A stretch of DNA of 64,000 nt from a phage. Numbering within the stretch: position 1 is the first letter of the stretch; every line of letters starts with the position of its first letter. The notes beneath the pieces are model-generated. The model worked only from the letters and a program-made list of their open reading frames with translations, ran no database searches and had not been told where the DNA came from. The DNA lies in the NCBI GenBank assembly GCA_037431425.1, contig GCA_037431425.1_4129.1. One strand, written 5' to 3'. The position numbers were made by a program, and so were the translations under genes. Below, piece after piece: positions 1 through 10,054 of this stretch.

Positions 1-13
1 ATAAGGAATTCAA

Positions 14-1978
14 ATGGCTAAGAAAGAAAGTGCTGTCCTACAGGAACATGATGTTCAACGACTAAACGATTATCAACATGCTCGTTTACGTACTGAGATG
101 TATCTCGGTTCTCGTTCAGTACATGAAAGTCAAGTACTGATTTTTGGTGAATCAGGATATGAAGTTAAGAATGTAGAATGGGTTCCTGCAATTCTTACTG
201 CTACGCGTGAAATTATTGATAATAGCTTGGATGAATTTAAAAAAGCTGGAACTAAAGAACCTGTTTTGAAAGTTGATTTCAATGAAGAAGAACTATCATT
301 TGAGATTAGTGATAATGGTCGTGGTATTCCAATTGATTATGTTCCAGAGTATCAAAAAAACCTATGTACAATGGTAATGACTGAAACAAAAACTGGTCGT
401 AACTTTGACGATTCCAAACGTGATGAAACTATTGGTCAGAATGGTTTGGGTGGTTCAGTTGCGATGATTGTTAGTTCTAAGGCAGAATTGGAAATTCATC
501 GTCAAGGTCGTCCATATAAAACACAAAGCAGTAATGATGGTTATGATGGGTTTTATAAGTTCAATCAGAAGTTCGAAGAAGGAACTATTATGTTCCCTGA
601 ACTTCATGTACATGAACCTACAATTAGAAAGGTACAAACCGATAAAACTGGTACAACAATTCGTTTTACATTGAGTAAAGAAGTTTTTCCAAATAGAAAA
701 TTACCTACTGAATTACTTTACAGTATTCTTAAAGAAATGGCAGCCGCTAATCCGACTTATAAAATATTTTTGAATGGTAAACGTATTGTCATTAAAGGTA
801 ATACAGAGAAAGCATTGTTCAATGCATCGAAATTAATGCAGTTGCATGTTAAAGATGATTCATTCAATTTTAACAGTACTTTTTATATTGTTCCTAATGC
901 AGTATCTAACATGAACACTAACTTTCATATGCATGGGTTGGTTAACAATGCACCTGCGTTTGATGGTGGTACACATCTTGACACATTTAAAAAATTCTTT
1001 TCTTTGGGTGTAGGAGCAGCTCTAGAGAAAGAATCCAAGAAACGTAGAATGAAACCAAACCGTTCTGACATTGAAGAAGGATTGTTGATTTATAACGTCA
1101 CGACGATGAAAGCACCTTCGTTCAATTCACAGATTAAATCTAAACTAACAAATGAAAATGTAATTCGTCCTATTCAACAAGCAATGAGTTCTGAGTGGTT
1201 TGATGAATTGGTTAAGAAGAATAAAGAGTGGGTTGATGAAATTTTTGAACGCTGTGCAGCCCGTACTAATAAGAAAGATGCTGAAGAAGATCGCCGATTA
1301 GCTAAAAAGCTTCTAAAAGGAAAGGTTGCAAAATTACTTGATAGTACTGGTACTGATCGTTCACAGTGTATTTTATTGATTGCAGAAGGTGACTCTGCTA
1401 TTTCCAACATGGCAAGTGCTCGTATACCAAGTATTCATGGGATTCTACCATTGCGTGGAAAGATTATGAACGTCAGTGGTTCTGAAAAGACTAAAGAATT
1501 AATGGATTCTATGGCATTGCATGACATAATGGCTAGTATCAATTTAGTTCCAGGAGTTAAAGCTGACCGAGCAGACCTGAACTACGGTAAGCTTTATATT
1601 TGTGCAGATGAAGATGAAGATGGTAAGAATATCGGAGCATTAGTATGTAACTTCCTGTTCAAATTCTGGCCTGAATTGTTCCAAGATCCAGAAAATCCAT
1701 TTGTGTACATATTCAAAACTCCATTTATCATTCTAGAGAAAGGTAAGGAAACAAAATACTACTATGGTCATGACGTACATGAATACAATCCTGACGATTG
1801 GAAAGGTTGGAAAGCAACTCGTGCAAAAGGGCTTGGTACGTTAGAAAAATCAAACTTCCGCGACGCATTCACACATAGTGTTGCAGTAGCAATCACTGAT
1901 GATGGACGTCTTGGTGAAACTCTTGATTTGATTTTCAACAAGAAACGTGCAGATGACCGCAAGAACTGGATGGAATAA
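14..1978 (+). CDS. DNA topoisomerase II large subunit (T4 gp39-like; contiguous gp39+gp60-equivalent)
   Basis: 654 aa; GHKL ATPase motifs EIIDNSLDE and DNGRGIP, Toprim-like IAEGDSA; collinear with recalled T4 gp39. Confidence 0.9.
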   Translation: MAKKESAVLQEHDVQRLNDYQHARLRTEMYLGSRSVHESQVLIFGESGYEVKNVEWVPAILTATREIIDNSLDEFKKAGTKEPVLKVDFNEEELSFEISDNGRGIPIDYVPEYQKNLCTMVMTETKTGRNFDDSKRDETIGQNGLGGSVAMIVSSKAELEIHRQGRPYKTQSSNDGYDGFYKFNQKFEEGTIMFPELHVHEPTIRKVQTDKTGTTIRFTLSKEVFPNRKLPTELLYSILKEMAAANPTYKIFLNGKRIVIKGNTEKALFNASKLMQLHVKDDSFNFNSTFYIVPNAVSNMNTNFHMHGLVNNAPAFDGGTHLDTFKKFFSLGVGAALEKESKKRRMKPNRSDIEEGLLIYNVTTMKAPSFNSQIKSKLTNENVIRPIQQAMSSEWFDELVKKNKEWVDEIFERCAARTNKKDAEEDRRLAKKLLKGKVAKLLDSTGTDRSQCILLIAEGDSAISNMASARIPSIHGILPLRGKIMNVSGSEKTKELMDSMALHDIMASINLVPGVKADRADLNYGKLYICADEDEDGKNIGALVCNFLFKFWPELFQDPENPFVYIFKTPFIILEKGKETKYYYGHDVHEYNPDDWKGWKATRAKGLGTLEKSNFRDAFTHSVAVAITDDGRLGETLDLIFNKKRADDRKNWME

Positions 1979-2028
1979 TATAGGCTAATGGGGGACATGG
2001 TGTTCCCCTTTTATAAAGAGACAATGGA

Positions 2029-3441
2029 ATGGCTAAAAGTAAAAAAACAGAAAATCATAATATCGATAACCAAACGCTAACTCTACTAGATTATAACAGT
2101 TCTGATTATGTGAATACCACATCATTAGAGTATTCAATGTACACACTAGATCGTGCAATTCCTGGCATTGACGGTCTAAAGAGTTCACAACGAAAAGCAA
2201 TTTTCACATTATCTAAAATCAGTGGTGAAATTAAAACAGTATCATGTGCTGGTAAAATGATCAGCGATGGCATCTATCTTCATGGTGACACATCTGCATC
2301 AGGAACACTTCAGAACTTAGCATCACCAGTAGCCAATAATTATCCACTAATAGGTAAACGTGGTGGATTTGGTACACAAGTAAACAGCACACCAGCATCT
2401 GCACGTTACACATATGTGAGGAAGAATAAGAGTACTGAGATGCTTGTTTTGCGTGATGTGGATATTATTCCAATGAAAGAGAACTATGACGGGACAACAT
2501 ACGAACCAGTTCATTTCTTGCCTATCATTCCATTATCATTGTTTGGTAATGATAGTATGTCAGTTGGTTATAAGAGCACAATTCTACCACATAAAATTGA
2601 AGATATTATTGATAATTGTATTCGTGCTATTGATAAAAAACCACTAAAAGAAATGACACCATACTATGTGTCATGTGGTGCAAGCGATGTAGTAACCAAG
2701 CTGGATGAAAACAAGTACGAGTTTTATGGTAAAGCACAAGTCATTGATGCAAGTACTGTTAAAGTTACAGGATTACCACCTAATTATGGTATTGAGAAGT
2801 TCATTGAAAAACTCATCAAGATGAGTGATGATGGGGAAATTCGTGATTATGACAATAACAGTACTGATGTAATTGATATTACAATTAAACTTCCACGTGG
2901 AACGTCAGCTAAATGGACAGAGATGGATGTTATTGAGTATTTTGGTATTAACAAAAAAATAACTCAGCATTTAACTGTTCTTGGGGAAAATGGTAAAGTA
3001 AAAGTTTACGATACTACTATGGACTTGATTAAAGACTTTGTGGATTTTCGTTTCAAATATTATATCAAGCGTTATGAAAAGAAACTTGATGATTGTGCCG
3101 CAGAGGTTCGTTATAAAATTCTAATTAAAGAATGTTTCGATAATGATATGATTGCTAAGGTAAAAGGATTTGCCAACCGTGCGGAGATGGTTGAATTCGT
3201 TAAATCATTAAATGTCGAAATTCAAGCAACTGAAGATAATATTCAAAGCATTGTAAACTTCCCTTCATATCGCTGGACACAAGATAATTATCAATCAGTT
3301 CTACAAGATATCCAGGACAATCTAGATTTGATGGATAAGTACAATGAATTACTATCTAACCATGATCTGATTTGGGATATTTATAAATACGAACTTAAAG
3401 AACTGAAAAAGATTGATTTCACACCTAAATCTGATAATTGA
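2029..3441 (+). CDS. DNA topoisomerase II medium subunit (T4 gp52-like, GyrA-type)
   Basis: 470 aa; motifs YSMYTLDRAIPGIDGLK, ASARYTYVR, FLPIIPLSLFGN match recalled gp52/GyrA N-terminal domain. Confidence 0.9.
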   Translation: MAKSKKTENHNIDNQTLTLLDYNSSDYVNTTSLEYSMYTLDRAIPGIDGLKSSQRKAIFTLSKISGEIKTVSCAGKMISDGIYLHGDTSASGTLQNLASPVANNYPLIGKRGGFGTQVNSTPASARYTYVRKNKSTEMLVLRDVDIIPMKENYDGTTYEPVHFLPIIPLSLFGNDSMSVGYKSTILPHKIEDIIDNCIRAIDKKPLKEMTPYYVSCGASDVVTKLDENKYEFYGKAQVIDASTVKVTGLPPNYGIEKFIEKLIKMSDDGEIRDYDNNSTDVIDITIKLPRGTSAKWTEMDVIEYFGINKKITQHLTVLGENGKVKVYDTTMDLIKDFVDFRFKYYIKRYEKKLDDCAAEVRYKILIKECFDNDMIAKVKGFANRAEMVEFVKSLNVEIQATEDNIQSIVNFPSYRWTQDNYQSVLQDIQDNLDLMDKYNELLSNHDLIWDIYKYELKELKKIDFTPKSDN

Positions 3442-3451
3442 TATATTAAAT

Positions 3452-3480
3452 GGAAGACCCATTGGGTCTTCCTTGTCCTT
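3452..3480 (+). terminator. hairpin terminator after topoisomerase genes
   Basis: GGAAGACCC-att-GGGTCTTCC stem-loop followed by T-rich tract. Confidence 0.55.
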
Positions 3481-3482
3481 TA

Positions 3483-3490
3483 TATAAATA
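3483..3490 (+). promoter_or_regulatory. T4-type late promoter-like TATAAATA
   Basis: exact TATAAATA about 40 nt upstream of ATG 3529. Confidence 0.4.
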
Positions 3491-3528
3491 ATCAATAGAT
3501 AATGGTAGCTTGGCTATGGAGAATTACA

Positions 3529-5922
3529 ATGAGAACTTTTACCCCACGTTGGGATATAAAAGCCGATGCTCGATATATACAAGAAGGACAAGACATTCTT
3601 TTGCGTTTGAGTATCAACAAAAATAGCACAACGGATGCTAGTTATGTATTAAATGAAGATGAATACTTAGAGATGATTCTTACAATACAATGCTTGGATA
3701 GTTCAGGTACAGTATTTGAACCAGAATCGCATTATACTTTTTTTGTGGGTAATGATGAAAACAGTTTTATACCCATTTCTGAAGGAACTACTGGAAATAA
3801 ATTTGTAAATGGAAAACATAAATGTAAAATTAGTAAAACACAATTTAACTTATCAGGCAGTTCTAATAGTGAAGATGTATATTTTATAAAAATTCATTGT
3901 AAAAATGACGGGACATACAACAATACCGAAATTATCAATTTTTATTTACAGGCAGTAAATGTGATGTATTTTGGTAATATTTCACCGAGTGGTGAGTTGG
4001 GAACAACTGACGCATCAATAACATATGATAGTCAGGAAGTTTGGGTTACACCTGGTGTAGAGATTGGTGATGATAAAAAACCATACTGTATTGGAGATGT
4101 TGATTATGGTTCTAACAGTACATTATTTGTACAAGGATTTGGTAGAAGACGACCTTTTATATTAGGTACTGACATTACGGATGATATTACACCCCGCGTA
4201 TTTTTCCCAGCTTATAGATTGGTTGATATGGATATATCGGAAGTTCCGCAGAATCACATCACAAATGATTATGCCGTTTTTAAACCAGCCCAAACCGTAT
4301 GGCCTATTTCGGGTATAAACAAAGAAGTTAAAGTTAACATTCAAAACAAAAACGGAAGCACAATTGATACTGGAATGATTTTCAACCCAAATGGTCAATT
4401 ACTTCAAACATTTTTGTACGAATCTGAAGCATGTGACACATATTTTAAGGTTGAGATTGTAGACATTTTAAGTACTTATGTAGATGATAGTGAGAGATTT
4501 GCAATAAATCAACGTTACAAAGCATATCAAATGTGGGTATGCCCAGAAGACATAGACACTATATATTCAATCTCTGATAAACCATTACCAAATCATTTGT
4601 ACCAATTAAAAGATAATGTAGTTTATCCATATGTAATTACTGGTGAGTATGACGATGGTACACTTAAGCCGGTATATGATAGTAGTGATTGGCTAGATTT
4701 AGGTTATTACGATCCAACTCTTGGTGAAAATATCATTGGAATGCAAAAAATATTCAGGGTATTAGTTAATGCAGAAGAAGGGAATAACATAAACTTCATA
4801 ACTGAGAGTGACTTAGGAACCATTCATGTAGGGGAATACTTTGGGAATAGCGTCTATCCTAAGATAGAAACTGATAGTAAAAGTCAGGTTTCTTATATAT
4901 TAGATGGTGGTGATGATATTAGAAAATATGGAATGGACTTAACACCAGATGGTTATCTAGTAGGAACTGCATTTGCTAAAAGTATGGATTTTAGTGCTAA
5001 TGATGATATTAAACTTTCATTTTACGTTAAAGCATTCAGTTCTGACGGTGGTGAGGCAAAAAAATTATTTAATCTTAAAATCGTAAGAGGTTTTGGACAA
5101 AATTATTTAAGTGCACATGTTCTACCATCTGTTTCTTTTGAAAGAGATTGGTTTAAATGTATTAGTACTTCATCATTTACTAACCAATTATTTTTTCGTC
5201 AATCCGATGATAGATATGGTCTTCAAAAAGTACCAAAAATGCTATTGAAAGAAAATTTTCTAAGTCAAACGTACCCATACACTAATCTTTCTGATATTAA
5301 GAAAGTATTACGAAAGAGTATTGTTGATACAAATGGAACCACTATTCCGAATGGTAAATTTAAAATGGTAATGGGTAATTATAAATTGTTATCAGCACTT
5401 GACAATCAAGGAAATTTGCAATATGATTTATTGTACCGTGAAGTTTTACCTGAAGGTTCGTTGGTGTCAGTGTCCAAAAATCCACGTCAGTACACACAAA
5501 TTGACAACGGTCTACTGGGTGAACTGTTCGGCTTACGACAAAACATATTCAAAGCAATTGGTGAAGATACAACCAACTTGATCAAAGATCCTACAGATTT
5601 ACAAAACCGTGGTATGTATGTTGATGCTATACCTAGTGTTAGTGAAGAGATGCTTGATACTGTTCCTAGGTTTATGAATCACCCCTATATTGAAAATAAC
5701 CTACAGAAAAAATTCATGCCTATAATTCCAGTTGCATATTGTCTGCCAGGCAAAGGTGAAGCATTTTTCAACACTTTACTACAGAATAATGAACATGGTA
5801 CAATGGTCGGTCTAGAATTTGAAATTACATCGGTGGAGTTTGGGTATTTTTCACATGAATCAGATAATTATGTACCTGATACATTTGTAATTACATTACC
5901 AAACAATAACATAGGAGTTTAA
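3529..5922 (+). CDS. large hypothetical protein, possibly virion-associated (late-promoter context)
   Basis: 798 aa ORF from ATG 3529 with GGAGA RBS; track ORF starts 3502; Gly/Asn/Tyr-rich, no catalytic motif recognised. Confidence 0.6.
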   Translation: MRTFTPRWDIKADARYIQEGQDILLRLSINKNSTTDASYVLNEDEYLEMILTIQCLDSSGTVFEPESHYTFFVGNDENSFIPISEGTTGNKFVNGKHKCKISKTQFNLSGSSNSEDVYFIKIHCKNDGTYNNTEIINFYLQAVNVMYFGNISPSGELGTTDASITYDSQEVWVTPGVEIGDDKKPYCIGDVDYGSNSTLFVQGFGRRRPFILGTDITDDITPRVFFPAYRLVDMDISEVPQNHITNDYAVFKPAQTVWPISGINKEVKVNIQNKNGSTIDTGMIFNPNGQLLQTFLYESEACDTYFKVEIVDILSTYVDDSERFAINQRYKAYQMWVCPEDIDTIYSISDKPLPNHLYQLKDNVVYPYVITGEYDDGTLKPVYDSSDWLDLGYYDPTLGENIIGMQKIFRVLVNAEEGNNINFITESDLGTIHVGEYFGNSVYPKIETDSKSQVSYILDGGDDIRKYGMDLTPDGYLVGTAFAKSMDFSANDDIKLSFYVKAFSSDGGEAKKLFNLKIVRGFGQNYLSAHVLPSVSFERDWFKCISTSSFTNQLFFRQSDDRYGLQKVPKMLLKENFLSQTYPYTNLSDIKKVLRKSIVDTNGTTIPNGKFKMVMGNYKLLSALDNQGNLQYDLLYREVLPEGSLVSVSKNPRQYTQIDNGLLGELFGLRQNIFKAIGEDTTNLIKDPTDLQNRGMYVDAIPSVSEEMLDTVPRFMNHPYIENNLQKKFMPIIPVAYCLPGKGEAFFNTLLQNNEHGTMVGLEFEITSVEFGYFSHESDNYVPDTFVITLPNNNIGV

Positions 5923-5923
5923 T

Positions 5924-6235
5924 ATGTTTAATCCATTTTTTGACCCGTCTGGGATGACGGATAAAGAATTACAGTTAAAAATCAACGAGCAATCATTACG
6001 TTTGACATCTGCACGTGCGGCTGGTATGAGTGATATGATTATTGGTAATATGCAAATGGTGTTAAATCAATGTTATGCTGAACTAGAACTTCGTCAGGGA
6101 CATAAAGAGAAAAATGTTTATGATGAAGAAGACCCGTGTATCTTCGACATGGACTCGTATCTAACTGACAACGAAGAGGCTCAGAAGAAGAAAAATGAAA
6201 GTACAAGGAAACAGATTTATAAGTCCCAATGGTGA
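5924..6235 (+). CDS. hypothetical protein
   Basis: 103 aa ORF, start immediately after upstream stop. Confidence 0.5.
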   Translation: MFNPFFDPSGMTDKELQLKINEQSLRLTSARAAGMSDMIIGNMQMVLNQCYAELELRQGHKEKNVYDEEDPCIFDMDSYLTDNEEAQKKKNESTRKQIYKSQW

Positions 6236-6713
6236 TGTGAAATGTAATCTTAATGCAGTTGTTTATGCAATCAACTGTGGTGCAGATATCCAGTACTTAC
6301 AATTACAGGAAATCGATGAACCTGAAAGGTTAAAATTCAATGATAACTGTAAAAAATTTGGTTTAGAGCAACGTATGCTGGATTATACCATTGAACATGA
6401 TAAAAATCATGAACTTTGGCGTTATGATCCAGTATATGATAATATAAATCTACGTGACTTTTTTTTACAAAAGTGTACCTCAGATGAAGCACGAACACGT
6501 GTTGAGTATGAGCTTGAATTATATGAATATTATAATATGACAAAACTATTAAGATGTATGATCTGGCTCGTTGATTACATGGAAGAACATGAAATCTTTT
6601 GGGGTCTAGGGCGTGGAAGCTCTGTTGCATCATATTGTTTATACTTGATTGGATTACATATGGTAGATTCATTGAAGTATGACCTTGATGTGAACGAATT
6701 TTTGAAATGGTAG
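6195..6713 (+). CDS. hypothetical protein
   Basis: 172 aa ORF; 5' end overlaps previous ORF, true start uncertain. Confidence 0.45.
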   Translation: MKVQGNRFISPNGDVKCNLNAVVYAINCGADIQYLQLQEIDEPERLKFNDNCKKFGLEQRMLDYTIEHDKNHELWRYDPVYDNINLRDFFLQKCTSDEARTRVEYELELYEYYNMTKLLRCMIWLVDYMEEHEIFWGLGRGSSVASYCLYLIGLHMVDSLKYDLDVNEFLKW

Positions 6714-6777
6714 ATAAACATGTGATATAATGTCTATTGTAGTTATTATATCACACATAAAATAAAAGGATTTTGAT

Positions 6778-7122
6778 ATGTCTAAACATACAACTTATCG
6801 TGGTACAACAATTGACATGGATATGCTCAAGTACCAAAATCAGCACCAAGTAGCATTGGGTAATGCAAATCTAAATGCACGTGGTGATAAAATTGGCTCA
6901 GGTGGAACAATTATCAAAACTCGTGAAGAGTTACTTCAAGAAAAAGAACGTGAAATGCAAATCCCTGATTATATTCCTGAACATCAACTTCATAGTACTG
7001 AACATAGTTCTGAAGAAGTATGGGATGATGAAAGCTTTGAAGTTATGCCCGAAGTAAAAGAAGTTGAGGTTTCTGAAGAAAAGAAAGCTCCACGTCGAGC
7101 AAGAACTAAAGAACAGGAGTGA
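6778..7122 (+). CDS. hypothetical protein (acidic C-terminus)
   Basis: 114 aa ORF preceded by AAGGA RBS. Confidence 0.55.
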   Translation: MSKHTTYRGTTIDMDMLKYQNQHQVALGNANLNARGDKIGSGGTIIKTREELLQEKEREMQIPDYIPEHQLHSTEHSSEEVWDDESFEVMPEVKEVEVSEEKKAPRRARTKEQE

Positions 7123-7457
7123 TGTGTCAAATGACTAATAAAGTAATGACTGCATGTAAAGGTAAAGTTCTAGTAACTGATCTGGAACATGGTGAACGTA
7201 AAACGGCAGGTGGAATCGTTTTAACGAACGATGACGGCAAAATCAGGGGTATTCGTTCTCGCTGGGCAAAAGTCTATTCGGTCGGTGAAGACATTACTGA
7301 TATTAAAGAAGGACAATGGATTTTAATCGACCACGGTCGATGGTCAAGAACTATTGAAGTTGATGGTATTGAATTGAACTTAGTTGATTACCCTGCTGCT
7401 GTTAGTTTAGTATCAGATGAAGATCCAAGAACAAAAATGCTAACCTTTGGACGTTAA
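7122..7457 (+). CDS. GroES-like co-chaperonin (functional analogue of T4 gp31 / CocO)
   Basis: KTAGGIVLT mobile-loop region closely resembles GroES KSAGGIVLT; about 111 aa; start 7122 or 7131. Confidence 0.8.
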   Translation: MCQMTNKVMTACKGKVLVTDLEHGERKTAGGIVLTNDDGKIRGIRSRWAKVYSVGEDITDIKEGQWILIDHGRWSRTIEVDGIELNLVDYPAAVSLVSDEDPRTKMLTFGR

Positions 7458-7473
7458 CAAAAAAATCAATTGA

Positions 7474-7502
7474 AGCTCGGATAGAAATCTGGGCTTTTTA
7501 TT
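7474..7502 (+). terminator. putative intrinsic terminator
   Basis: 7-bp stem with two GU pairs (AGCTCGG/CTGGGCT) followed by TTTTTTAT. Confidence 0.45.
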
Positions 7503-7515
7503 TGGACAAAAAATA

Positions 7516-7785
7516 ATGATAACTGATGATGGTAAATTTAGTTTCAAAGATGTAACATTAGTGTCAAAGAATGGAAGATTCATGTTTGAGGATAGAAAAA
7601 ATACCAAATATGTATATGAAGTTTCACATGATATGTTTAAAGTTTTATTAGTTGCTTCAGCACAAGCTGAAAGAACTGGAATTAAAAATAAGGCAAATTC
7701 TTTTAATTTTTTATTAAATCAACTTGAGATGACAGAAGAACTTTTCACGGCTTTATTATATGATTCAGCCGATTGGATTCTATAA
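7516..7785 (+). CDS. hypothetical protein
   Basis: 89 aa ORF. Confidence 0.45.
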   Translation: MITDDGKFSFKDVTLVSKNGRFMFEDRKNTKYVYEVSHDMFKVLLVASAQAERTGIKNKANSFNFLLNQLEMTEELFTALLYDSADWIL

Positions 7786-7808
7786 CACGTACACAGAAGG
7801 AAATACAC

Positions 7809-8762
7809 ATGACCACACTATGGACTGAAAAATATCGCCCACAAACAATGGAAGATTATGTATCAAAAAATGATGCTCTACGTCAGAAAATGGAAGAATG
7901 GATTAAAACTGGCGACATTCCACATATTGGTTTTTTTGGCCCAGCAGGAACTGGTAAAACATCTGCAATTAAAGTACTTATTAATGGTTTGGTTCAGAAC
8001 GGACACCTCGATCCAAGTGACGTAACCACACTTAATATGTCAGATGAAGGTATTGATGCTGTGCGTGATAAAATCGATGCCGCAGCAAAACTATCATGCT
8101 TTGGTCGATATCGTATTTTTGTTCTTGAAGAAATGGAACAAATGAACCATAAAGCACAAGGTAGCTTGAAGCGTGTTATGGAAGACTATCATGAAAATGC
8201 TCGCTTTATTTTAACAAGTAATGAACCACATAAAATTCAAAAACCTATTATCTCTCGCGTTCAAGTCATTACAATTGAAAAACATGACATGGAACAGTTC
8301 ATGACAAGAATTTATAATATCCTTCTCGCTGAAGGTGTTGATCTGAGTAGTGATGATAGTGTTGAACAAGTTCAAAAGTACATCAATGCTTCATATCCAG
8401 ATTTTCGTAAAACGCTAAACGTATTGCAAAGTTCAGTTGTTGATGGTAAACTAGTCAAACTTGAGGATAGTATTGAAAATTCTGCCGGATATCGCACTGC
8501 AATCATTGATGCGTTGAAGGCAGGAAATATCCGTCAAATGCGAGAGCAAATTGTTCAATCTATTCCTGATGATGAAATGGATGCATTTTTCTCGTACTTG
8601 TACCGAAATGCGGAAATGTTCAGTACTGACGAAATCACACTGATGAAGATTAAAGTTAAAATTCGTGATGCTGTTGTTAAGCAAGCAACTGTATCCGACC
8701 GTGAAATGAATCTTAGTGCATTGTTGTGTGAGATTGATCTAATTTGTTCGGGGAACATGTAA
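7809..8762 (+). CDS. AAA+ ATPase, clamp-loader large subunit-like (RFC / T4 gp44 family)
   Basis: EKYRP, Walker A GPAGTGKT, Walker B FVLEE, FPDFRKT motif as in recalled T4 gp44; ATG 7809 after GAAGGAAA RBS. Confidence 0.65.
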   Translation: MTTLWTEKYRPQTMEDYVSKNDALRQKMEEWIKTGDIPHIGFFGPAGTGKTSAIKVLINGLVQNGHLDPSDVTTLNMSDEGIDAVRDKIDAAAKLSCFGRYRIFVLEEMEQMNHKAQGSLKRVMEDYHENARFILTSNEPHKIQKPIISRVQVITIEKHDMEQFMTRIYNILLAEGVDLSSDDSVEQVQKYINASYPDFRKTLNVLQSSVVDGKLVKLEDSIENSAGYRTAIIDALKAGNIRQMREQIVQSIPDDEMDAFFSYLYRNAEMFSTDEITLMKIKVKIRDAVVKQATVSDREMNLSALLCEIDLICSGNM

Positions 8763-9388
8763 TGAAGCCACGTTGTATTGTTTTTGATTGTGACGAAGTT
8801 CTATTGGACCACATCGGTATGCTTTCAGAGTATGTTAAACAAACTTATAACATAACCCCATCAACACCATATCCAACAGAATATGACCTATCAGATTGGT
8901 TGGGTGTTCCTCAAACTGAAGTTAAAAAAATTCTTGAACGTTTCAATCAACAATCGTATTTGTTTGGATTGTTAAAACCTGTTGAACCAAATACTGTTGA
9001 TATTGTTCAAGAATTACGTGACCGTTTTTATAAAGAAAAGTTTGTGGTTCTGACAAAATGTGGTAAGAAAGGATATGGTGAAGTTTTGCGTAATGTGAAT
9101 CTCATGCGAGAATTTGGTGAAAATTGTTTTGATGAGATCATCATCATTGAAATGGATGAATCAAAGAAAAAGGCATTGGAGGATTTACAAGATAAGTACG
9201 ATGTGAAATTGATGATTGATGATTATATCAACAACATTGAAACAGCATTGGAGCTTGGTATTCCTTCAGTTATGATGGGATGCTCACATAATACTGCATA
9301 CAGGAACAGTAGTGATTTTGAATATATCGAGAACTGGACCGAGCTTAGACTGAAAATTTATTCAGTTCTGGGTAAATATTATAAATAA
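8762..9388 (+). CDS. HAD-superfamily phosphatase (possible 5'-nucleotidase)
   Basis: N-terminal DxDxV motif FDCDEVLLD; start overlaps upstream stop (TAATG). Confidence 0.55.
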   Translation: MKPRCIVFDCDEVLLDHIGMLSEYVKQTYNITPSTPYPTEYDLSDWLGVPQTEVKKILERFNQQSYLFGLLKPVEPNTVDIVQELRDRFYKEKFVVLTKCGKKGYGEVLRNVNLMREFGENCFDEIIIIEMDESKKKALEDLQDKYDVKLMIDDYINNIETALELGIPSVMMGCSHNTAYRNSSDFEYIENWTELRLKIYSVLGKYYK

Positions 9389-9401
9389 TACTTTTTAAAT
9401 T

Positions 9402-9429
9402 AAGGGGTTTGTTTCAAACCCCTTTTGTT
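9402..9429 (+). terminator. intrinsic terminator
   Basis: AAGGGGTTTG...CAAACCCCTT hairpin followed by TTTTGTTG. Confidence 0.7.
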
Positions 9430-9487
9430 GTATTTTAAAAGTAGTAAATAGTATTATATGTGCTAGTTTTTGAGGATAATATAAAAT

Positions 9488-10054
9488 ATGGAAGATTTAG
9501 ATTATACAGATAATGCTATTCAGCAGTTGTATGATAATAGTGGTATGTTAGATATACTTCTTGCTGTTGAGAAATACTTCGATGATAACGATTTATATGC
9601 TTATAAAGGTATTATCGAGGGTGAATTGGTTGAGGGACCAATTGTAAGTAAATATTGGTGTACAGTTACATTTAAATATTATCGTGAAAACTTTCCCGAT
9701 CCTACAGCGTTCTCAATATTGGAGAAACATGGCACTAAAGTATACGTCAAAGCTGATTATGAAATAACACCAATTGAAGAACCAAATCGACAAGCAGATA
9801 TGAAAAGTATTGCAACACAGACTGGTTCTGTGCGTATACCAAAAAATGAACGAATTCCGGTTCTATTGGTTAGAGTTCAAATCCCACGAAATTTAATTAA
9901 TCCAGAAAGTTTTGATGAATATAAACTTATGGCATCTGAATTTAATAGTAACCCAATGAATTCTCCTGAAAATATCGAAGAACCAGTTACTGGGGATGAT
10001 GTTGACTTAGATGTTGATGTAACTGACAATACACAAGAAGGTGGAATGCAATGA
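9488..10054 (+). CDS. hypothetical protein
   Basis: 188 aa ORF; GAGGA RBS. Confidence 0.55.
   Translation: MEDLDYTDNAIQQLYDNSGMLDILLAVEKYFDDNDLYAYKGIIEGELVEGPIVSKYWCTVTFKYYRENFPDPTAFSILEKHGTKVYVKADYEITPIEEPNRQADMKSIATQTGSVRIPKNERIPVLLVRVQIPRNLINPESFDEYKLMASEFNSNPMNSPENIEEPVTGDDVDLDVDVTDNTQEGGMQ

Noticed and set aside
14-1978. Search for a T4 gene-60-type translational bypass or intron in the topoisomerase gene
   Set aside because: ORF is continuous with no internal stop or frame shift
1174-1998. Minus-strand ORFs inside the topoisomerase large-subunit gene (1174-1410, 1768-1998)
   Set aside because: Embedded antisense to a strongly supported gene; no start signals
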